Shown in pieces: positions 22,249-29,561 of a stretch of 64,000 bases of DNA (the stretch's first letter is position 1; every line of letters starts with the position of its first letter). Below the pieces are notes generated by a model that saw only the letters and a list, made by a program, of their open reading frames with translations, made no database searches and was not told the origin of the DNA. Location: positions 24,615 through 88,614 of the forward strand of contig NZIP01000019.1 of assembly GCA_002691645.1 (NCBI GenBank). The letters run 5' to 3'. The position numbers and the translations under genes are program-made. This DNA is from Flavobacteriaceae bacterium. Lineage in GTDB: Bacteria; Bacteroidota; Bacteroidia; Flavobacteriales; Flavobacteriaceae.

Positions 22249-23018
22249 ATAAAAGAGCTCAAGAATTAGCCGCTTTTAGCCGCTTGTTAGACATCATGGA
22301 TGATTTGAGATTAAAGTGCCCCTGGGACAAAAAGCAAACCCTTGGGTCTTTAAGACATTTGACCATTGAAGAGACCTATGAATTATCGGATGCCATATTG
22401 ACCATGGATTTGCCCGAAATAGAAAAAGAACTTGGAGATGTTCTACTTCACATTGTATTTTATGCTAAGATAGGCTCAGAGACTGGTGATTTTGACATCA
22501 CATCTGTATGTGAGGCGATTAGTAACAAGCTCATTGAGAGACATCCACATATTTACGGTGATTTAGAATTGAACAGTGAGGAAGAGGTCAAGCACAACTG
22601 GGAAAAATTAAAATTAAAAGAGGGAAAGAAATCTGTTTTAGAAGGGGTGCCAAAATCACTTCCTTCTTTGATTAAAGCCTATCGAATTCAAGACAAGGTT
22701 TCTGGTGTTGGTTTTGATTGGGAAAAAAACGAACAGGTCTTGGATAAGCTCAAAGAAGAACTTCAAGAGTTAAGAGAAGAAATTACATCCAATAATCAAG
22801 ATGCTATGGAGGCTGAGTTTGGAGATGTTTTATTTTCGATGATCAACTACGCTCGTTTTCTTGGTATTAATCCTGATCAGGCTCTTGAACGCACCAATAA
22901 AAAATTTATTCAACGTTTTCAATATCTAGAAGAACAGGCTAACTCACTTGGAAAATCTTTAAAAGACATGAGCTTAGATGAGATGAATGTTTATTGGGAA
23001 CAAGCAAAAAAGTACTGA
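22245..23018 (+). CDS. mazG: nucleoside triphosphate pyrophosphohydrolase MazG
   Basis: Tandem MazG EExxE motifs (IEETYELSDAI, EAEFGDVLFSMINYAR), 257 aa. Its start overlaps the upstream stop (ATGA). Confidence 0.85.
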   Translation: MNKRAQELAAFSRLLDIMDDLRLKCPWDKKQTLGSLRHLTIEETYELSDAILTMDLPEIEKELGDVLLHIVFYAKIGSETGDFDITSVCEAISNKLIERHPHIYGDLELNSEEEVKHNWEKLKLKEGKKSVLEGVPKSLPSLIKAYRIQDKVSGVGFDWEKNEQVLDKLKEELQELREEITSNNQDAMEAEFGDVLFSMINYARFLGINPDQALERTNKKFIQRFQYLEEQANSLGKSLKDMSLDEMNVYWEQAKKY

Positions 23019-24388
23019 TGTATTCCTTAGCGTTTTATAAAAAAGAATTTGCAACCAATTGGAAACTAGCCTTTCCAGTAATCCTTGGGATGTTGGGCCA
23101 CACCTTTGTGGCTTTTGCCGATAACATTATGGTTGGACAACTCGGTGCTGCAGAGCTGGCGGCGGTATCCTTAGGGAACAGTTTCTTTTTTGTGGCCTTT
23201 GCTGTAGGTATTGGAATATCAGCGGCAATTACACCGCTCATCGCTGAGGCGGATGGTTCGGGAAAAAAACTAAATGTTAAAAAGGTCTTCAAACACGGCT
23301 CAGTGATTTGTTTGAGCTCTGGGATTATTTTATTCGGTGTTTTATTGATTTTGGGTCCTTTAATGGAAAGCATGAAACAACCTCCAGAGGTTGTTGCGCT
23401 TGCGGTACCGTATTACCAAATCATTTCACTGTCTCTGATTCCTATAATGGTCTTTCAGGCATTTAGAACCTTGTGTGACGGATTGTCAAGAACCAAAATA
23501 CCGATGTATGCTACGCTGATCTCAAATGCTTTAAATATTCTTTTTAACTATTTGCTGATTTTTGGAAATTGGGGTTTTCCAGCCTTAGGCGTTATAGGCG
23601 CCGGATATGGAACCCTTATTTCTAGAGTGCTCATGGTACTCTTTATCGTTATTGTACTTTATAGGTCTGCCTATTTCAGAGAGTTTATTACCCGATTAAA
23701 CTGGAAGAAGACCAGTTGGGGTTATGTGAAGAAGATTTTAAATCTTGGCTTACCCACATCAGCTCAGGTATTTTTCGAGGTAACGTTATTTACTATGGCC
23801 ATATGGCTAAGTGGAATACTCGGTACCATCGAACAGGCAGCGAATCAAATTGCTTTAAACTTATCATCAATGACCTATATGGTCGGCCAAGGATTAAGTG
23901 TAGCCGCTATGATTAGAGTGGGTAACCAAAAGGGTAAAAAAGATATTGTTCGCTTGAAAGAGGTTGCCTTTTCATTATTTGGAATGACGCTACTTATTGA
24001 AATTGTGTTTGCCTTAGCCTTTCTGATTTTTAGATTTGATTTACCTCTTGTTTATTTAGATACGGAGAGTTCATTGAACCAGGTTGAAAACCTCAAGGTC
24101 ATTTCACTTGCGTCTATGTTGCTGTTATGGTCTGCATTTTTTCAAATTTCTGACGGATTACAAATAGTGATATTAGGAGCGCTCAGAGGAATTCAAGACG
24201 TCAATGTGCCCGCCCTTATCACATTTATTGCCTATTGGGTTATCGCATTTCCGGTTTGCTATATCCTTGCAATTGAATTAGAATGGGGTGGAAATGGTAT
24301 TTGGATTGGTTTACTAGTAGGCTTAACCGCTTCAGCACTTTTGCTCTATTTAAGATTTGTATTTTTGCTTCGTAAACAGCAATTCTAA
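23018..24388 (+). CDS. MATE-family (MOP superfamily) transporter
   Basis: 12-TM protein with NorM-like segments. The ATG at 23018 shares 1 nt with the mazG stop (TGATG). Confidence 0.8.
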   Translation: MYSLAFYKKEFATNWKLAFPVILGMLGHTFVAFADNIMVGQLGAAELAAVSLGNSFFFVAFAVGIGISAAITPLIAEADGSGKKLNVKKVFKHGSVICLSSGIILFGVLLILGPLMESMKQPPEVVALAVPYYQIISLSLIPIMVFQAFRTLCDGLSRTKIPMYATLISNALNILFNYLLIFGNWGFPALGVIGAGYGTLISRVLMVLFIVIVLYRSAYFREFITRLNWKKTSWGYVKKILNLGLPTSAQVFFEVTLFTMAIWLSGILGTIEQAANQIALNLSSMTYMVGQGLSVAAMIRVGNQKGKKDIVRLKEVAFSLFGMTLLIEIVFALAFLIFRFDLPLVYLDTESSLNQVENLKVISLASMLLLWSAFFQISDGLQIVILGALRGIQDVNVPALITFIAYWVIAFPVCYILAIELEWGGNGIWIGLLVGLTASALLLYLRFVFLLRKQQF

Positions 24389-24389
24389 A

Positions 24390-24617
24390 ATGGAGCTTCC
24401 AAAATTTATATTAGGTGATAATTCTGCAATTAAAGATGCGGTATACGTCATTCACACTGAATTTCCTCGATTTATTTTAAACGTCGCTAACGATGATCTC
24501 ATGTGGTTTGAACAATTTTCAAATGAAGATGAAAAAGAAATTGAAGAAATTACAGAAAACTTAGTTCAAGAGGCTTTGACTTTTTACGATGCTGAAGTAG
24601 CAGAATATGATTCTTGA
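24390..24617 (+). CDS. small acidic hypothetical protein (75 aa)
   Basis: The ATG at 24390 is 1 nt after the MATE stop, and its last 11 nt overlap the PAP2 start. It is Glu/Asp-rich with no TM segment, and I do not recognise the family. Confidence 0.45.
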   Translation: MELPKFILGDNSAIKDAVYVIHTEFPRFILNVANDDLMWFEQFSNEDEKEIEEITENLVQEALTFYDAEVAEYDS

Positions 24618-25179
24618 TACTATTCAGCATATTGACGAAACTATACTTTTAAGCGTTCAACAGTGGGGACATTCTAGTCTAGATTTGTTTTGGCAATTCG
24701 TAACTAATAAATGGAATAGCATTCCCTTATACTTGATTATTGTTTTTCTGCTTTTTAAAAAACAATCCTCTAAAGAAGCCTTCTTTTATTTGATTTGTAT
24801 CGCGCTTGTAATTGTAGTTTCAGATCAAATGGCGAATTTGTTTAAAAACGGTTTTGAACGACTAAGACCCTGTCACTTGGAGACTCTAAATGATAGGCTA
24901 AGAGATATTGGCTATCGATGTGGCGGACGTTATGGTTTTTATTCAGCTCATGCCTCTAATGCATTTGCCTTAGTAGTTTTCGTGACCTCGGTCATAAAGT
25001 TCAACCGAAAATATAGCGTGATACTATTGTATATTTGGTCTGCTTTATTGAGCTTTAGTCGAGTATATTTAGGGGCGCATTATCCTTCTGATGTTTTAGT
25101 AGGAGCGCTATTTGGTAGTATTATCGCCTTAATAATTTATAGATTAAGTATTCTTGGATCAAAATATATTCTTGACTAA
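24607..25179 (+). CDS. PAP2-family lipid phosphatase (LpxE/LpxF/undecaprenyl-diphosphatase-like)
   Basis: All three acid-phosphatase motifs are present: KNGFERLRP, YSAHAS, SRVYLGAHYPSDV. It is a multi-TM protein. Confidence 0.8.
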   Translation: MILDTIQHIDETILLSVQQWGHSSLDLFWQFVTNKWNSIPLYLIIVFLLFKKQSSKEAFFYLICIALVIVVSDQMANLFKNGFERLRPCHLETLNDRLRDIGYRCGGRYGFYSAHASNAFALVVFVTSVIKFNRKYSVILLYIWSALLSFSRVYLGAHYPSDVLVGALFGSIIALIIYRLSILGSKYILD

Positions 25180-26842
25180 ATTTCAATTTACTCCGCAGCG
25201 TTTATTGTGGGTTGGCCTGTTTATGGTTTACCTGCTAGGCTTGTTTTCTCCTCTGATCGAAAATGATTCTGCTCAATTTGCTGTGATGGCCATGCGAATG
25301 GCTCAAGAGAACGATTACCTTCATTTGATTAAAGGTTTTGAGCCTTATTTAGATAAACCTCATATGCATTTTTGGTTGAGTGCGCTATCATTTGAACTCT
25401 TCGGATTTCATCACTGGGCTTACAGGCTTCCGAGTTTACTTATGCTGATAGTGGCCACGGTTTCAATTTATCGTTGGTCTAATCTATTTTACAACACCCG
25501 AGTTTCACAATGGGTTGCTTTTCTATTCGCCAGCGCTCAAACCATTATTCTCTCAGGAATAGATGTTCGAACTGATGCTATTCTTGTGGGTTTTGTGAGT
25601 TTGGCTTTATACCAATTTTCTTCATTCATTGAGACCGAAAAAAAGAGTGCGTTAATTCTGGGTAGTGTGGCAGCAGCTTTTGCTTTTTCGACCAAAGGAC
25701 AAATCGCTCTTTTAGTTATTGGAATAGCAATTTTGGTACATCTCGGACTTCGAAAAAAATGGAAATTGTTAGTGTCACATCAATTTTTGTTGGCCTTGTT
25801 CGTCTTTTCACTTTGTATATCTCCAATGCTCTATGCCTATTTCATTCAATTCGACCAGCATCCTGAATTGATTATCCGTGGGCAAGGAGAGCGTACTGGC
25901 CTTAAATTTATTTTTTGGGAGCAAAGTATGGAGCGATTAAGTGGGGAGGGTTTAGGAAAAAACTCCAGCAGTTATTTCTTTTTTGTGCATTCTTTTTTAT
26001 GGGAATTTTTGCCTTGGACAGTGTTGTTTATAGGTGGTCTTATTTTGACAATTAAGCGCAACCAGCAAAGATTCCAAGCAATGGAGCTGTTTCCTTATTT
26101 GGTCTTGCTCATCGTTTTTCCTTTGATTTCAATGGCTCAATTTAAATTACCTCATTATTTAAATGTTTTGATGCCTTTATTCGCTTTGGCTACTGCAAAG
26201 TTTATTACCTATTGTTTTCATCTTGAAAAGACGCCTAAGTATGTGAAACTCTTTCAGCTTTTGATTTTACTTCTGTATTTTACCCTTGGGATGTTGTTGT
26301 TTTTTGGGATTTTCGAAGAAAGAGGAAATAGCGTTCTTTTTGTTTTGCTTTTGGCCATCTCCATATGGAGTTTAAGAGCTGTCATTCATCTTAAGTTTCA
26401 CAGTTTTGAGCGTTTATTAATGTTCAATGCCATAGGACTTATTTTTATAAATCTCATTTTGAATACCTATTTCTATCCTAGGCTCGCTGAATTTCAAGCG
26501 GGTTATATGACGGCAAAAGAATTAAATGCCTCACCTTATTCGCAGTCTCCTGTATATAAATTAACAGCTAAGCACAGTTGGGCCTTGGATTTTTATCATC
26601 AGCGGCCTTTAAAGCTTTTAAAAGTGGCGGATCTTGATTCGTTCGAAGGCTTGTTATACGTAGGTCAAGAAGAATTTGATTCGATTAAGGCAAGTAGAAA
26701 AACCTATGATTTAATTTCCAAAAAAACACAATTTAGTGTCAGTCGTTTGAATGTGAAGTTCCTAAATCCAAAAACTAGGGAGCAGGTGACCTTTTATCGT
26801 TATTTACTTCAGTTGAATCCTTCTGAAACTCAATCGAATTAA
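25154..26842 (+). CDS. GT-C fold ArnT-like glycosyltransferase (second copy)
   Basis: NDSAQFAVMAMRMAQENDYL...YLDKPHMHFW resembles the ArnT periplasmic loop motif, and the protein has many TM segments. It needs a non-ATG start (TTG at 25154 or 25172), because the first ATG would delete TM1. Confidence 0.7.
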   Translation: MDQNIFLTKFQFTPQRLLWVGLFMVYLLGLFSPLIENDSAQFAVMAMRMAQENDYLHLIKGFEPYLDKPHMHFWLSALSFELFGFHHWAYRLPSLLMLIVATVSIYRWSNLFYNTRVSQWVAFLFASAQTIILSGIDVRTDAILVGFVSLALYQFSSFIETEKKSALILGSVAAAFAFSTKGQIALLVIGIAILVHLGLRKKWKLLVSHQFLLALFVFSLCISPMLYAYFIQFDQHPELIIRGQGERTGLKFIFWEQSMERLSGEGLGKNSSSYFFFVHSFLWEFLPWTVLFIGGLILTIKRNQQRFQAMELFPYLVLLIVFPLISMAQFKLPHYLNVLMPLFALATAKFITYCFHLEKTPKYVKLFQLLILLLYFTLGMLLFFGIFEERGNSVLFVLLLAISIWSLRAVIHLKFHSFERLLMFNAIGLIFINLILNTYFYPRLAEFQAGYMTAKELNASPYSQSPVYKLTAKHSWALDFYHQRPLKLLKVADLDSFEGLLYVGQEEFDSIKASRKTYDLISKKTQFSVSRLNVKFLNPKTREQVTFYRYLLQLNPSETQSN

Positions 26843-27704
26843 AGTAAAAGTAAATACCAATTAGTGATACTAGTGCGTTTAGTATAAAAAATAACATACT
26901 TGTACCTAAAGACTTTTCTTCAGATAAATTGAACCATTGAGCCCCATATACAAATGTTAGTTCACGACTTCCTATGCCCCCAATAGTTAAAGGTATTACA
27001 GATACAATGCTCGAGCACAAAAAGACCAATACATAAGGATGTATATCTGTGCTTATGTTTAATCCATTTAATATGAAGAGAATTGAAATTACTTGAAGTC
27101 CTTGAACAAACAAGGAGTATACAATAGTGCTCCAAAAAATGGTTTTTGTATAGGCAAATCCTTTGATAATAACAATCCTATAGCACAGTAGCCCGACGGC
27201 CAAAAGCAAAATACTCCAACCGCTGTTGATGTTATAAATAGAAATTTGTAGACTAGCTAAGACAAAGACACCAATGGTGAAAAGAGCGAATAATCCACTA
27301 ATGCGATCTAATACAAGAACGGCAATTGTTCTTTTACTTGAACTTTGTGGGTTTTGTTTTTTTAGGATGTAGGCTTTATAGGCATCTCCTCCAATTCCGC
27401 CAGGTAAAAATAGGTTGTAAAACATACCTAAAAAGTAAAGTTGAAGATTAGTTTGCGCTTCGATTGGGATTTGAATGACCCTGAAATAACTGAGTAATCT
27501 ATAACTGGCAATAATCTTAGAGAGAAGTACGAGCAGAAAACCTAAAATTAGATTAGTTGGGGAAATAGATTTTAATACACTAAATGTACTTTGGGTATCA
27601 ATTTTTGAAAATACAAATAGAATGAGGCCGATACTGACCACTAGTTTAACTAGGGTCAATAAGAGTTTTTTATACCTCTTTTGAACTTGCTTGTTTTTCG
27701 ACAT
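26775..27704 (-). CDS. UPF0104 / lysyl-PG-synthase-TM-type flippase-like membrane protein
   Basis: 8-TM protein with the family hallmark LPGGIGGDAYKAYIL. Its start overlaps the upstream GT2 gene by 35 nt. Confidence 0.7.
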   Translation of the reverse strand: MSKNKQVQKRYKKLLLTLVKLVVSIGLILFVFSKIDTQSTFSVLKSISPTNLILGFLLVLLSKIIASYRLLSYFRVIQIPIEAQTNLQLYFLGMFYNLFLPGGIGGDAYKAYILKKQNPQSSSKRTIAVLVLDRISGLFALFTIGVFVLASLQISIYNINSGWSILLLAVGLLCYRIVIIKGFAYTKTIFWSTIVYSLFVQGLQVISILFILNGLNISTDIHPYVLVFLCSSIVSVIPLTIGGIGSRELTFVYGAQWFNLSEEKSLGTSMLFFILNALVSLIGIYFYFNSIEFQKDSTEVNNDKRSPAP

Positions 27705-28641
27705 GTACTTTCTTTATGCGATAGGGTCTTTTTTGTTGTGATTCGTAATAGGTGCGAATCAACATTTCCATGACAAGACCTATGGTAAAGACTTGAACTC
27801 CTGCTAAAATGAGCATTAACCCAAAGATGAGTAGTGGTCTTTGACCGATATCTTCTCCAAATCCAAATTTAACAACTAAGAGATAGGCATTGATTAAAAT
27901 TCCTAGACTGATCATTACGAAACCGAATAAACCAAACAGGTGTATAGGGCGTTGAAGGTATTTTCTAATAAATAAGAGTAGTAGCATGTCAGCAATAACT
28001 TTAAACACACGTTCTAGTCCGTATTTGGATTGGCCTGCATGTCTCGCGTGATGTTTTACAGGAACTTGCTTGATTTGTGCTCCCTCAAGAAATGCTAATA
28101 GCGTAATGAAGCGATGCATTTCTCCGTATAAGTTGAGATTTTTAGCGATGTCTTTTGAAAAAACTTTAAGGGCACAGCCATTATCTTTTATATCTAAACT
28201 GGTTATTTTTCGAACTAAGAAATTCGCAATCTTGGATGGAATTTTTTTGAGCCAACTGTCTTTTCTTTTTTGTCTTATTCCAGTGACTAAATCAAAATCT
28301 TCTTCAATTGCCACCTTAAGCATACTTGGAATATCTGAAGGATCGTTTTGTAGATCACCATCCATGGTAATAATGTAGTCTCCATTTGCATAATCAATTC
28401 CTGCAGCTAGCGCCAAACTCTGACCGTAATTTTTTTTCAATTCAATAAGGTGAACCAAAGGATCTTTTAAAGCTTTAATGGCTTTTAAGGTTTGATCTGT
28501 AGAAAAGTCATTAACAAAAATGATTTCATACTTATAACCTTTAAGACTCTCATGAATTTTTTGAGTAAGTAGGGCGACATTGTCCTGTTCATTATAAACT
28601 GGAATTACAACAGATAGTAGTTTGTTTGTGATGGTTGCCAT
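27670..28641 (-). CDS. GT2 polyprenyl-phosphate glycosyltransferase (ArnC/GtrB/DPM1-like)
   Basis: LSVVIPVYNE, MDGDLQNDP (DxD), and two C-terminal TM helices, which is the typical ArnC/GtrB layout. Confidence 0.8.
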   Translation of the reverse strand: MATITNKLLSVVIPVYNEQDNVALLTQKIHESLKGYKYEIIFVNDFSTDQTLKAIKALKDPLVHLIELKKNYGQSLALAAGIDYANGDYIITMDGDLQNDPSDIPSMLKVAIEEDFDLVTGIRQKRKDSWLKKIPSKIANFLVRKITSLDIKDNGCALKVFSKDIAKNLNLYGEMHRFITLLAFLEGAQIKQVPVKHHARHAGQSKYGLERVFKVIADMLLLLFIRKYLQRPIHLFGLFGFVMISLGILINAYLLVVKFGFGEDIGQRPLLIFGLMLILAGVQVFTIGLVMEMLIRTYYESQQKRPYRIKKVHVEKQASSKEV

Positions 28642-28656
28642 ACTTAGGTATAACGA

Positions 28657-29319
28657 TTAATGGTCTTGGTTATTTTCTTTGAGTAATTCTGGAAATAAGC
28701 GTTGGAATCTTTTTAACCTAGGAACAGAGACATTTAAAATGTAACGGTTGTTGGGGTTTTTTAGTTCAAAATCTTGATGATATTCTTCAGCTTCATAAAA
28801 AATCTCAAAAGGAATAACTTCAGTTACTATTGGTTTAGAATATACTCCCGAAGCTTCTAACGCTTTGATGTATTCATTAATTAGTGATTTTTCAACTTCA
28901 TTTTGATAAAAGGCAATAGATCTATATTGGCTTCCATAATCAGGGCCTTGATAGTTTAAGGCTGTAGGATCGTGAGAACCATAATAGACGTCTAGGAGTT
29001 GGAGAAAACTTATTTCTTTGGGATTATAAATCACCTTAACGGCTTCGGCATGTGAGGTACGTCCTGCAGCAACTTGATTATATGTAGGATTTTTCTCTCT
29101 ACCACCTGAATAACCTGAAATAACTTTATCAACACCTTTTACAGATTCAAATACAGCCTCTACACACCAAAAACATCCACTTGCAAAATAGGCCGTACTC
29201 AACTCTGAATTTTGAATTTCAGTTGGGTTTTGAATGCTTTGATCATTGGATTTTTGAACCTCGTAACAGCTAGAGAGCATTGCTATTACTACGATGAGAT
29301 TTATTTTGAAAATATTCAT
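28657..29319 (-). CDS. msrA: peptide-methionine (S)-S-oxide reductase MsrA, lipoprotein form
   Basis: Catalytic GCFWCVE, YHQDF, and signal MNIFKINLIVVIAMLSSC. I prefer the ATG at 29319 to the TTG at 29337. Confidence 0.85.
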   Translation of the reverse strand: MNIFKINLIVVIAMLSSCYEVQKSNDQSIQNPTEIQNSELSTAYFASGCFWCVEAVFESVKGVDKVISGYSGGREKNPTYNQVAAGRTSHAEAVKVIYNPKEISFLQLLDVYYGSHDPTALNYQGPDYGSQYRSIAFYQNEVEKSLINEYIKALEASGVYSKPIVTEVIPFEIFYEAEEYHQDFELKNPNNRYILNVSVPRLKRFQRLFPELLKENNQDH

Positions 29320-29561
29320 TAGCTTAATTTTATACAAACATACAACATCTAATTGGTAGGTAATAATAGAGTAAAAATGCAGTTTTTTCTGATTGAAAAT
29401 TGTATGAATAAACTGACAATATTTTAAGTATTCGTCAATACTTTAATCTCAAATATGTATTTCATCGATTGAATCGCACTTTTTATTGATAAATATTTAA
29501 AATAATTGAAATGTATGTAGGAGACTTCTTCTATCATTGTAGGAAATAAAACTATTTAATC

